IMG/VR virus record: IMGVR_UViG_3300042868_005134 | Location: 319,412 to 383,411 of that record | Direction: 5' to 3' (one strand) | DNA length: 64,000 nt | In this document: positions 53,074-62,482 of the stretch, piece after piece | Numbering within the stretch: position 1 is the first letter of the stretch | Layout of the letters: the number at the start of each line of letters is the position of its first letter | Made by a program: the position numbers and the translations under genes | The notes under the pieces: generated by a model | What the model saw: only the letters and a program-made list of their open reading frames with translations | The model's database searches: none | Told to the model about the DNA's origin: nothing

Positions 53074-54534
53074 TTAAATATATGAAATTTTTGTTTTGTT
53101 AAAAAATATGCCGTACACTATAACCGATAATGTTATTACAAATAAGGTAAAACTTATCGGTCGATAAAATACATGATCCCATGCGTACAATGTATTGTAT
53201 TGTAGTAGCATCTTTTCCAATTGATCACTGAGTGCAAAACCCACAATTAAGGCGGCACGGCTCAGTTTGAGATATTTAATTACTATGCCTAATATACAAC
53301 AAATTGCGAACATGAGGTAATCTTCCCAGTAGCCTGTATATTGTACACTACTCCATAACAACAAAGCTATAATAGGCCAGAAGTAATATTTAAAAGGCAT
53401 AGCCATAAATTTTATTGCGTATCGTATAAACAATATTGAAATAATAAACGTTAGTGTCATTGACAACATGTAACTATAAGTCAACATGTTGAAAAATTTA
53501 GCATCGGTTAATAACGTAGGAGTACCTAGTTCAAGTCCCACTAGTACAAACAAACTCATTAATACAACTTCAAACGGAGCTCCTGGAACTCCAAACAATA
53601 TAGTAGGCACATAGCTTGTTGCTTTTTGTGCGTTGTTTGCGCCTTCGCTACCCACGACTCCTTTGATATTACCTTCACCAAATGGAATTTTTTCATTCTT
53701 ATTTAGGGCAACTGTTTGACCGTATGCTAACCAATCTGCGATACTGCCGCCGATGCCCGGTATAACACCTACTATAGCACCAATAGCGCCGCCGCGTAAC
53801 CCGTCCCATTTATGTTGCCAACTATCAACGAACCCTTGCCAAATTTGTTGCCATGGCCGCTCAGAATTTGTTACAGGTGCTTCGTACTGTTTTTTGTATG
53901 CTTCAACTAATTCCGGAAATGCTAATATTCCAGCTAACACCGGAATTAGTTGTATACCGTTGGCTAAGTAATCCCAGCCGCCTGTTAGTCTAGAGCTTCC
54001 ACTAATTGGATCGATACCCACAAGTCCAGCAAATATGCCTACAACTAGGGCAATGATTCCCCTGAACCAATATTCACTGTTGATAAAACACACACAACTG
54101 AATGCCAATAATAAAAACATCAACATTTCAGGTATACCAAATTTTAATATCAACGTAGCGTATAATGGCAAAAATACAAATACCATGGCACCCCAAATAA
54201 ATCCGTTTACTGTGGAGGTAACAATACTGGCACTGAGAGCTCTGCCAGCTTCGCCACGTTTTGCCATAGGAAAACCATCTACCATGGTGGCGGCACTGCC
54301 GCCCGCACCTGGTATGTTTAATACTACACTGCTAAAGCTGTCTCCGATTGTGCTGGCCACAACAATAGCTGTGGAAAAAACTACCAGTGTGTAAGGATCT
54401 GCTCTGAACACATCTAAAAAACTAAAGATTGTAATTAATGCAGTAGCAGTACCTGCAACAGGCACAATACCAAAGAAAAAGCCATACAAGGTACCTGATA
54501 GTAACCAGGGCAAATATTGTACTACTAGATCCAT
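53074..54534 (-). CDS. tctA: Tripartite tricarboxylate transporter permease TctA
   Basis: LNIPG...DGFPMAKRGEAGRAL, PGIGG and EGANNA...LFGVPG; about 12 TM segments. Confidence 0.88.
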   Translation of the reverse strand: MDLVVQYLPWLLSGTLYGFFFGIVPVAGTATALITIFSFLDVFRADPYTLVVFSTAIVVASTIGDSFSSVVLNIPGAGGSAATMVDGFPMAKRGEAGRALSASIVTSTVNGFIWGAMVFVFLPLYATLILKFGIPEMLMFLLLAFSCVCFINSEYWFRGIIALVVGIFAGLVGIDPISGSSRLTGGWDYLANGIQLIPVLAGILAFPELVEAYKKQYEAPVTNSERPWQQIWQGFVDSWQHKWDGLRGGAIGAIVGVIPGIGGSIADWLAYGQTVALNKNEKIPFGEGNIKGVVGSEGANNAQKATSYVPTILFGVPGAPFEVVLMSLFVLVGLELGTPTLLTDAKFFNMLTYSYMLSMTLTFIISILFIRYAIKFMAMPFKYYFWPIIALLLWSSVQYTGYWEDYLMFAICCILGIVIKYLKLSRAALIVGFALSDQLEKMLLQYNTLYAWDHVFYRPISFTLFVITLSVIVYGIFFNKTKISYI

Positions 54535-54598
54535 TTATTTCTTTTTGTCCTGAAGTTCACGTTCCAACCGTGCCATGGCAGTATAATCGTCTTCGTAG

Positions 54599-55450
54599 TT
54601 AAATACCCATTTCTTTGCGAATCTTCGTAGCACTAATAGCATGTGTTGTATCATCAAAGGTCTCCTGTTCAATTTTGTAACCGACGTCTCGTCCGTAGGT
54701 AATATTTACAATATTAGGTACAACTTGAATCTCGTATTGTCCTTGATATATAGGATCGAGGTCTCTTTTAATTAATGATTTCACTTGGTTAACTGCAAAC
54801 GGATTGCTATTATTCCATCCTTGGCAATCTCGGATCTGAATTACCACTTGACCTGTTTTGGCAATGGCACGTTCAAACAAGGCGCGATGCCCGGCGTGCC
54901 AAGGTTGCCAACGTCCCAACATCTGTACAGTTTCTTTCTGCCAATCGAACCGTGATCTGCGCTTGTTATCTAGAATATGTGTGCCCACAAACTCTACCCA
55001 CTTTTCAGCATTCTGTTCAATAATTCTGAAATCGTATTGTTCAGGTGGAACAAAGGCTTTGTTAGTGTCTTCAAATCGGCCTTGTTCAATAGTGTCCATC
55101 CATATAGTCCAATCAGCTTTATAGTTGTTTCGCATTTCAACTAACGGTGCTACAAAATCACAAATAACAAAATCACCTGTACACTTAACAGCAAATTCGA
55201 ACATACGAATGCTTTGACGAATCCTTCCCTCTTTGCTAAAATCCCAATCGTTGAATTTTTTGCGTACATCGTCGGCGTTGAACCAATCTACTTTAGCTTC
55301 CCAATGTAGCGGAGCGTTTTCAAATTGAGCTAATCTTTCCAAGGGCATTTGCGATACTGTGCTGTTGTCTTCTAAGTATTTTTTTAATCGCTCAGCAAAG
55401 TAAGTTTTGCCAGATCCTGGTAATCCCATTATTAATATTCGTTGTGTCAT
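54599..55450 (-). CDS. Adenylylsulfate kinase-like domain fused to an HxGH nucleotidyltransferase-like domain
   Basis: MGLPGSGKT, NADDVR and FSKEGR; second domain GRWQPWHAGH...ISATKIR. Confidence 0.8.
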   Translation of the reverse strand: MTQRILIMGLPGSGKTYFAERLKKYLEDNSTVSQMPLERLAQFENAPLHWEAKVDWFNADDVRKKFNDWDFSKEGRIRQSIRMFEFAVKCTGDFVICDFVAPLVEMRNNYKADWTIWMDTIEQGRFEDTNKAFVPPEQYDFRIIEQNAEKWVEFVGTHILDNKRRSRFDWQKETVQMLGRWQPWHAGHRALFERAIAKTGQVVIQIRDCQGWNNSNPFAVNQVKSLIKRDLDPIYQGQYEIQVVPNIVNITYGRDVGYKIEQETFDDTTHAISATKIRKEMGI

Positions 55451-55509
55451 AAAAGTCCTTGTTAGATTACAAAAGCCCCAAAGAGCTTTTGTTATTTTTT
55501 TAATGTAAA

Positions 55510-56064
55510 TTAGAATTTACGTGAATAGAAAAGTGCAGTCGATGTACCAGCACCATCACCGCGTGTGTCGTCATAACGTACACCTACTGTGTCGTTCTTT
55601 GTTAGCGCATAGCTGACATTGTAACGGGTAGTGTTAGAAGTGTCGCCACGTCCATCTTCAAACGCTGTGCGATAGCGATGTCCAATACGAGCAACTAATC
55701 CCGTAATTGGTGTACGATAAGAAATACCAACTTCTTCACTGTGATAGCTGAATGCTTCTGTACCACTTGGAGCTTTCATGCCAACAGCCAATCGTCCGTA
55801 TGCGTCAATTGGGCCAACGACTGTTGTTTGAGCACTTAGACCAGCTTCTGCACGGGCTGTAACTTTTTGTGTTGTTTCAGCTTGTTGCCATTGTACGCCG
55901 CCATCAATTGACAATAATTTGTTAATTGGTGCTTTAACACTTAAACCAATTTGTTGAGAGTTAGTGCCAGTGTCTGGGTTAGTGCTTTGGCGATCGATAT
56001 TGATTGATTGTGCGAATGCGGAACCGGCGGTTACTAGTGATAAGATTGCAAAAATTTTCTTCAT
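55510..56064 (-). CDS. Outer-membrane beta-barrel protein
   Basis: Signal peptide, alternating beta-strands and C-terminal YSRKF. Confidence 0.7.
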   Translation of the reverse strand: MKKIFAILSLVTAGSAFAQSINIDRQSTNPDTGTNSQQIGLSVKAPINKLLSIDGGVQWQQAETTQKVTARAEAGLSAQTTVVGPIDAYGRLAVGMKAPSGTEAFSYHSEEVGISYRTPITGLVARIGHRYRTAFEDGRGDTSNTTRYNVSYALTKNDTVGVRYDDTRGDGAGTSTALFYSRKF

Positions 56065-56137
56065 GTTTTTATTTCCTTTAAAAATGTCTGTTTGACATAT
56101 AGCTAGTATATAGCAGATCTAGAAGTGCGGCCAAAGA

Positions 56138-56496
56138 AAATGGCGCCAAAGGCGCCATTTACTGGTTGTTTATTTTACAAGGTAAGTCCTACCCCGGAGT
56201 TGCAGTTTCTTAGGCTGCTAGTTCAAAACGCTCGTCGTTTAAGGCGACGTGTGTTTCAAAGTACTCGAATGTATTTGCGTTTGCATTTACGGATTTTGCT
56301 TGATTTAGAGTCATCGCCTACTCAGTTGCCGTCTCTATTATCTCACCCTGTCGAAACCATGGCAGGCCCATCATAAAAACACAATACCAAAGTAAATTTA
56401 CACGGAATACCAAAGTAAATTTATGCTTTTATGGTGGACCTGGCGGGAGTCGAACCCGCGTCCAGAATGCCTTCACTTTGAAGGAATTACAACTAT
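56138..56496 (-). ncRNA. ssrA: Permuted two-piece tmRNA
   Basis: Acceptor piece (GCGGGTTCGACTCCCGCCAGGTCCACCA, ending 56432) precedes the coding piece (GGGCCTG...GGTTTCGAC, from 56369). G3:U70 pair; tag ANANTFEYFETHVALNDERFELAA at 56284-56210; terminator at 56138-56160. Confidence 0.9.
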
Positions 56497-56502
56497 ACGC
56501 TT

Positions 56503-56531
56503 ATTATAGCGCATTGTATTTAGTGTGTCAA
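56503..56531 (-). promoter_or_regulatory. Consensus sigma70 promoter of the tmRNA
   Basis: TTGACA-17-TATAAT. Confidence 0.85.
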
Positions 56532-56576
56532 TTAGTTTGGCAAACAATAAATACAACGAAAGAGCCGGGAGCGAAT

Positions 56577-56852
56577 ATGGACTTTTTAAAATTAGTAGCA
56601 GAACTAGGATTTCCCATTGCGGGAGCCATGGCCGCAGGCTATTTTGTGTTCTTAACACTAAAATTTATTCTTGCTGGTGTTACTAGCAGTGTAAATGGTA
56701 TGGGCGGTATTATTAAAGGCCTGGACAGTCGAGTTGACACTATGACTAACCAACTACAGCGTATCGACGTTAAAGTAAGCCATGCTTTAGGTCTACAGCC
56801 CGATTACGATAGAATCAGTCGTGCTGAACAAGCAGATCAAAGGAAAGACTAA
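56577..56852 (+). CDS. Small membrane protein (GFPI motif, YvrJ/BhlA-like)
   Basis: ELGFPIAGAMAAGYFVF TM segment plus coiled coil; start refined to MDFLKL. Confidence 0.6.
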   Translation: MDFLKLVAELGFPIAGAMAAGYFVFLTLKFILAGVTSSVNGMGGIIKGLDSRVDTMTNQLQRIDVKVSHALGLQPDYDRISRAEQADQRKD

Positions 56853-57031
56853 TGAAATATGCAGACTACGACTGGGATTTGTATAAAGACAGAATTGTAC
56901 TTGATCGAGAACTCGATATTGATAAATTGGAGTGGCGAGCAGGTGATCATTTTGAAATCAAGAACACGAATGGCAGGGTGGAATTAGTCAAAGTTGACCC
57001 TGTGGTAAAATTTGTAAAAGGATACAAGTGA
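56852..57031 (+). CDS. Small hypothetical protein (59 aa)
   Basis: MKYADYDWDL...LEWRAGD; overlaps both neighbours. Confidence 0.55.
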   Translation: MKYADYDWDLYKDRIVLDRELDIDKLEWRAGDHFEIKNTNGRVELVKVDPVVKFVKGYK

Positions 57032-57396
57032 TGGATCCGGTAGAATTAGTAAACAAATATGGCTTTCCTATTGTGGCCGCAGGTGGCATGGGATATTTCA
57101 TTTACTATGTATGGACATGGGTAACCACAGAAATCAAACCTGTTATAGGACAAGCCAATGGAACTCTTATTGCTCTTATTGATCGTATTCGTATGCTTGA
57201 TAACGATCTTATTCGGTTAAATCAAAAAGTTGAAACTGTGATGGAATTGCGAGGCAAAACTATCGAACGTGAGCGCATCGAAGCTGAAAAAGACATCAAT
57301 CAAACTAAACGTAAAGACGATGACGATGCTGTTGCTCCAATAGGGCCTAAACGTAAGGCCACTAAAGAAGAAATTAAAGGCGCTAGCGGCGACTAA
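57028..57396 (+). CDS. Small membrane protein (GFPI motif), paralog of 56577
   Basis: KYGFPIVAAGGMGYFIY TM segment plus coiled coil. Confidence 0.6.
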   Translation: MMDPVELVNKYGFPIVAAGGMGYFIYYVWTWVTTEIKPVIGQANGTLIALIDRIRMLDNDLIRLNQKVETVMELRGKTIERERIEAEKDINQTKRKDDDDAVAPIGPKRKATKEEIKGASGD

Positions 57397-59460
57397 TTAC
57401 TTCGAAGTAGCACGGTAAGTACCGTCCCAGTCTGCTGGAAGATCTCTGGAGCGCATTTCAGCAATACGTTCAATCCACAGTTCGTAGTAGTGATCCATAT
57501 TACCATAGAACTCGCCAGCAAGTTCTTGACACAGTTCAATGGCCTTGTCCCAGTTCTGTTCTCGATAGTATTGTAGCATTAGTTCGTGATGCTCTCTAGC
57601 ACTATGCCATTCGTCTGACACATTCTCATCTGGATTGTAGAACACTGTAAAAATATTAACACCTATGTTCTTGCCTTTAACAGCAATACAATCTAAGGGA
57701 ATAGTAAAGTACGCATCGCCTACTCTACTCTGTGTGGCTTCACTAATGATAATTAGCACACCGTAGTTCTTGGTCTGCCCTTCCAATCGAGCAGTTAAAC
57801 TAACACTGTCACCTAGTACATCATAGCCAAAGCGATCCTTACTACCAATGTTGCCAATCAGAGTAGATCCTGTGTTGATACCTATTCCACATCCTACTTT
57901 TGGCTTGCCTTCTTTCTCTAATTCAATGTTAAACAACTCAACAGCATGTAACATTTCTAAGCCTGTACGTACACCTGCCAGTACATGATCAGGATCTTGC
58001 GCCTCTTGAATAGGAGCACCATGAACATGTAAACTGGCGTCACCGATGAACTTGATCAAACAACCGTTGTTGCGTAGTATAGGTTCAGCAATGGCAGTCA
58101 TGTAACGATTCATAGTATGTGTAAATGCCACAACGTCATCTCCGTAGGTCTCACCTAAGCCAGTGAAGTTACGCATGTCACTCATCATGACAGTAAGTTC
58201 TTTCTTCTCTCCACCTAGTTTAATAAAGCTAGGATCTTTTTGTAAGCGTTCAACAATGACAGGGTTTACGTAACTTCCAAATTGTTTCTTGATCTGACTC
58301 TTTTGTAAGAACTCGCTTACAAACTTGACACCATAGGCATGTAGGGCGACCAAAGTTGTGCCAACTGCAAAGGCAGTAGCATCGAATAAGAATAGAAAAT
58401 TACTGTAAGCATAGATGCTGCCAGCAACACCACCACCGACCAATACAATGACTGCTGCCAATCCAACATATGTCCACCTTGTTAAAAATAATAATAGAAT
58501 ACCTACTAAAGCAATAGCTAGTATTTCTAAATCGTCTGCGTATCCAGGGCGCTGTATATTTGTCTGCGTAATCATAGTACCTATTACACTGGCTTGAGCA
58601 TCATGTGGCCACACTTCGCCACGGGCTGTCGCCACAGGATTGGCAAGGCCAGCTGCACTTACACCCACAATAACAATGGCACCATCGAAACTCTTTGGCA
58701 AAGCAACCAAGCTGTGTTCCGTAGGCTTCTTGCTCCAGTCAACCCAAATGCGGCCTAACTCATCCGTGTTTATTCTTCCAAATTTTGGCACACGTAGAGC
58801 TTCAACGCCTTGCTCGCCTATCTTAACTTGTACTCTAGGATCTTTGGCGGCCACACGTAATGTTTCCAATGCTAGTGCAGGATGTAAATTTCCTTGGCTA
58901 GCAATCACTAAAGGCATACGGCGCATCACGCCATCTACTTCGGGAAATGTGTTAACTATGCCCACGCCAGCAGCCACTTCTTCGAGTGCGGGAACATTAC
59001 TAATCAATCCAGGATACTCGACTACTAGGCCTTCGGGATCTTTTCCAACCACTTGAACAGGACTGCCAAATGATTTATTCTTTTGTGCGGTATGACCAAG
59101 TGTAGGTAATACCACTGGCAGACCTAGCATGGTTCTTGCTAAGGTCTGATCCTGTTTAAATCGGTCTGCTTCAGGCATCAAAATATTAAACACCACTAGG
59201 CCGGCATCATGGGCATACAAATCTTTTATGATGGTTGCGTAAATATCTCTAGGAAATGGAAACTGACCATACTTGTCCAAACTGGCTTCGTCAATGTTTA
59301 CTGTGTGTACTGGGATGTCGACAGCTGGTTGGTTAACAATCAGCTGATCAAAATAACGTAACCTTACACTTTCTACAAATACAGGATCTGCTATTCTTAT
59401 ACTTAATATAAGTACCAATGTTAGTAGAGCAGTCCACGGTGATAATAATATTTTTTTCAT
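57397..59460 (-). CDS. CHASE2-domain class III adenylate/guanylate cyclase
   Basis: NIDEASLDKYGQFPFPR and DGVMRR (CHASE2); TM bundle; SDMRNFT, KFIGDA, GIGINTG and GDSVSLTARLE. Confidence 0.92.
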   Translation of the reverse strand: MKKILLSPWTALLTLVLILSIRIADPVFVESVRLRYFDQLIVNQPAVDIPVHTVNIDEASLDKYGQFPFPRDIYATIIKDLYAHDAGLVVFNILMPEADRFKQDQTLARTMLGLPVVLPTLGHTAQKNKSFGSPVQVVGKDPEGLVVEYPGLISNVPALEEVAAGVGIVNTFPEVDGVMRRMPLVIASQGNLHPALALETLRVAAKDPRVQVKIGEQGVEALRVPKFGRINTDELGRIWVDWSKKPTEHSLVALPKSFDGAIVIVGVSAAGLANPVATARGEVWPHDAQASVIGTMITQTNIQRPGYADDLEILAIALVGILLLFLTRWTYVGLAAVIVLVGGGVAGSIYAYSNFLFLFDATAFAVGTTLVALHAYGVKFVSEFLQKSQIKKQFGSYVNPVIVERLQKDPSFIKLGGEKKELTVMMSDMRNFTGLGETYGDDVVAFTHTMNRYMTAIAEPILRNNGCLIKFIGDASLHVHGAPIQEAQDPDHVLAGVRTGLEMLHAVELFNIELEKEGKPKVGCGIGINTGSTLIGNIGSKDRFGYDVLGDSVSLTARLEGQTKNYGVLIIISEATQSRVGDAYFTIPLDCIAVKGKNIGVNIFTVFYNPDENVSDEWHSAREHHELMLQYYREQNWDKAIELCQELAGEFYGNMDHYYELWIERIAEMRSRDLPADWDGTYRATSK

Positions 59461-59468
59461 ATTAATAT

Positions 59469-61304
59469 TTATGGTCCGCCACCTTGTGTAACGCTAACAC
59501 TACATCCACTTAGTGTAGCACATTGTTGTGTAATGTTGATATTTTGGGCAGTAGAACCTTGTTGTATTAGATTAACTGTGCTAGAGCCGCCTGCATTAGT
59601 TAGGTTAATAGTAGCTTTGTGGCTACCCGCATCCTTTTGACTGGCAGTAACATTGTGTCCTGTGCCTGTTAAACTTAGGTCAAGGAAACTGCCACTGCCC
59701 TGCTGTGTAATATCAAACACATTGGTACTTCCGTTAACTATACCAAAGAATGTTTTCTCACCATTGCCCATTTGCTTTAGTGTGCCCTGATTGTTATTGC
59801 CTGTAACGTCAACATAGGCAAAGTGTCCGCTGGATATGCCGCCATCATTGCTTTGTTTTAGACTTAGAGTGTTGGTGCTGCCATTTATGTTTAAGCCCAT
59901 ATAGTGGCCGCCGCTTTCTTGGCCATCTTGCAGGCCTGTAGAAGGATTACGTGCTTGCCATAAGGTAATGTTATTTGTGTTGCCCGTAACACTGAATTCA
60001 AACAAGTTCTTACCCAGGGTATCACCTTGTTTAATATTGATATTATTATTGTCACCATCTAATACAGCATAAGTGTTTCCACCAATGCCTGCAATCTTAT
60101 TATAGTTGCCAGTCTGTTCAACGGTTACAGAGTTACCACTGCTGCCAATCTTTTGATCAAGGTGTAGACTATTGCCTAGCACAATGTTTGATACACGGCT
60201 CTTTGCTGAATTCTTTTGTGCGGTCTGTGCTAAACTAATATCACTAGTCGCTGGCCAGCTAGGAGCACAGTCAGCACAGACACTGCCTGCTTGTCCAGGG
60301 TTACTAGGTGTCCCGCCTGTGCCTGTATCTGTGCTAGTTACACCGTCACTTAAATCATAGTAGTAAGTAACTTCTGAAATCTGAACACTATTTCCGCTAT
60401 TGTTTTTAACACTGGGAAATAACATAAAGTAGTAGACATAGGCATTAGTATTAGTAACTGCTATTTCTCCGCTAACAGCATATCTACCATCGCTTAACGA
60501 TAGCGGACCTTCTTTAATCAGAGTCCATGTAACGCCGTCATTTGATCCATATAGTTTGTAGCTAGCAGGATCACGTTCTGGAGAATCGTTAGCAGTAGTT
60601 AATGTAAACTTTTGAACTACACGGCCTTGAGTTAGTTTAACAGTAACACCTGCGTTCTGCTTGTCAAAGTTTAGATATTTTGTACCCACATTACCGTCAA
60701 ATGCATTGACTGCTGTTTCGTTACTAGGGCTATTATAGCTAGTAGGATAGATGTTGCTGATTAGTACTGGACTAGTAGTTGTTCGAATAGGTTGCCAATT
60801 TGTAGTAGGAGCTGCTGGTTGTGCAGTTTGTCCGGCTGCTAGAGGAGTAGAACTGGCAAATGTATAGTTGTTTAGATCACTGCTAGTGACACTAGTATCC
60901 ATGTTAGTAAAACTAGCACTGGATCCGTAACTATATCCTGCCCCTGTTGTAATAACATTACCGAGCCAACCAGAACCTAGATAAAAAATAGCACCATTGC
61001 CTAGTGCTGTGATGTCTCCGTAATCGTGAACAACTTGTGCCAGTGTACCGTTGCTGTTCATCAACTTCAATCCATGTTTACCAGGATTAGTAGTGCTGTC
61101 AAAGAACTGAAAGTATTGTCCACTGGTTGCTGTTACTGTTTGAAAGTTTTTATTATAAGGTGCAATAAAGTTACTGGCATTTAATGTAGTTCCACTCCAG
61201 TTGTACTGAACGTCGAATATTTGATTGATGCCGAACTTGCCGTCAGTAATGGCAGCAAATGCATTTGAGCATACTAACAATAAGGCTAATAATATCTTTT
61301 TCAT
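59469..61304 (-). CDS. Secreted protein with discoidin (F5/8C)-like domain and C-terminal curlin-like repeats
   Basis: NAFDGNVGTKY...TANDSPERDP..YKLYGSNDG; repeated N-x5-Q-x-G-x2-N units. Confidence 0.75.
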   Translation of the reverse strand: MKKILLALLLVCSNAFAAITDGKFGINQIFDVQYNWSGTTLNASNFIAPYNKNFQTVTATSGQYFQFFDSTTNPGKHGLKLMNSNGTLAQVVHDYGDITALGNGAIFYLGSGWLGNVITTGAGYSYGSSASFTNMDTSVTSSDLNNYTFASSTPLAAGQTAQPAAPTTNWQPIRTTTSPVLISNIYPTSYNSPSNETAVNAFDGNVGTKYLNFDKQNAGVTVKLTQGRVVQKFTLTTANDSPERDPASYKLYGSNDGVTWTLIKEGPLSLSDGRYAVSGEIAVTNTNAYVYYFMLFPSVKNNSGNSVQISEVTYYYDLSDGVTSTDTGTGGTPSNPGQAGSVCADCAPSWPATSDISLAQTAQKNSAKSRVSNIVLGNSLHLDQKIGSSGNSVTVEQTGNYNKIAGIGGNTYAVLDGDNNNINIKQGDTLGKNLFEFSVTGNTNNITLWQARNPSTGLQDGQESGGHYMGLNINGSTNTLSLKQSNDGGISSGHFAYVDVTGNNNQGTLKQMGNGEKTFFGIVNGSTNVFDITQQGSGSFLDLSLTGTGHNVTASQKDAGSHKATINLTNAGGSSTVNLIQQGSTAQNINITQQCATLSGCSVSVTQGGGP

Positions 61305-62473
61305 CTGAAATTCTGATTGATAACAATCTGCCCCACTGCTTTACCACTGCTGAAATTCCAACTATTGGTCTGCATATCCTGTGTGACCACTACCAACACC
61401 TGTGTATTGATAGGCATGACTACATTAGCGTAATTTCTACTGTTAGGACTTAGACTCTCATATTGCCAACCAATCTGTTGTGTTTCGCTTTTGTCTTTCC
61501 ATAACTTTTTAACATAAGGATTTTCTGTTTCACTAGCTGCGGCAACATCATTGGCCAGCGCATCTTTATTTTCGGGTGTATCTAGACCAACTTTAGTTCT
61601 ATTCTCAGGATCTTCGTCGCCCTCATTGGCACTGCGTCCTTGCTTTGAAGCGCGAGCACCGCCGCCTTCTTTGTTAGCAGCTTGTTGTCGTTCTTCTTTA
61701 GCATCGTCCTTATCGTCTTTTTCGTCTTTCTTGTCTTTGTTATCACTCTTTTTAGCATCTCCGGTAGCCACTGCGGCAGCACGAGCGGCAGCAATTACAT
61801 TCATACCAGTAGTTGTTCTTGGTGGATTAACCATTAAGTTGTTGCCAATAGCCATACCGTTAAGGGCCACAATGACCGCAGGACTAGGCATTCCATTTAG
61901 AGTTTCAACTAGGGTAGCTTGATAAGGACGATTTAGTTGAACAATACCCGCTGGTGTTTCTACATCAATAGCACCACTACCACAGGTCAAGCCTTTTAGG
62001 TTTACATTTTGTTCTATTTCACAAGTGGGCATCAACATGATCATACTAGCACCTGTTTCGCTAACAGCCATCACAAAGTCAGTGCCACGAACAGCAATGG
62101 CCGCAGTAGGAGTGTTGATTTTTACATTCTTTGGGTCTTTGGCAATGCTGCCTGACACATAGCGCACAGTGCCTGCGGCTGCTTTAAGGCCTAACTTGCC
62201 AGCACCGCTTTTAGGATCATACACAAAGTCATCTATGATTAAACTACTTGACTCTGTGACTGTGACATTGGTTGCATCCTTAAACACAATCTTGACTTTA
62301 CCATTTTTAGTTTCAATCTTGTCGTTGGTTTCTATTAGGGTGCCTTTGGCAATTTGAATAGTATCCTTACCACGCTTAATGATGGCTGTGCCAGATGCCT
62401 CAGTAACAGAACCAATTTCTGCCCAAGCTGAACTAGCTACTAATAAGCCAATAATAAGAGAGGCAACTCTCAT
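61301..62473 (-). CDS. FecR-domain secreted protein
   Basis: Signal peptide; INTPTAAIAVRGTDF. Confidence 0.8.
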   Translation of the reverse strand: MRVASLIIGLLVASSAWAEIGSVTEASGTAIIKRGKDTIQIAKGTLIETNDKIETKNGKVKIVFKDATNVTVTESSSLIIDDFVYDPKSGAGKLGLKAAAGTVRYVSGSIAKDPKNVKINTPTAAIAVRGTDFVMAVSETGASMIMLMPTCEIEQNVNLKGLTCGSGAIDVETPAGIVQLNRPYQATLVETLNGMPSPAVIVALNGMAIGNNLMVNPPRTTTGMNVIAAARAAAVATGDAKKSDNKDKKDEKDDKDDAKEERQQAANKEGGGARASKQGRSANEGDEDPENRTKVGLDTPENKDALANDVAAASETENPYVKKLWKDKSETQQIGWQYESLSPNSRNYANVVMPINTQVLVVVTQDMQTNSWNFSSGKAVGQIVINQNFR

Positions 62474-62482
62474 GTCGCCTCC

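Larger units (their letters stand above)
5362..59472. promoter_or_regulatory. Dispersed (A/T)TAAATA late-promoter-like motif
   Basis: TAAATA recurs just upstream of starts, near 5365, 5394, 5690, 7779, 9910, 10221, 15144, 22287, 22298, 41274, 50129, 56548 and 59467. Resembles the T4 gp55 promoter TATAAATA. Confidence 0.6.

Noticed and set aside
56383-56423. 18-nt direct repeat as a CRISPR array
   Set aside because: Only two copies 5 nt apart, inside the tmRNA intervening segment, and no cas genes.
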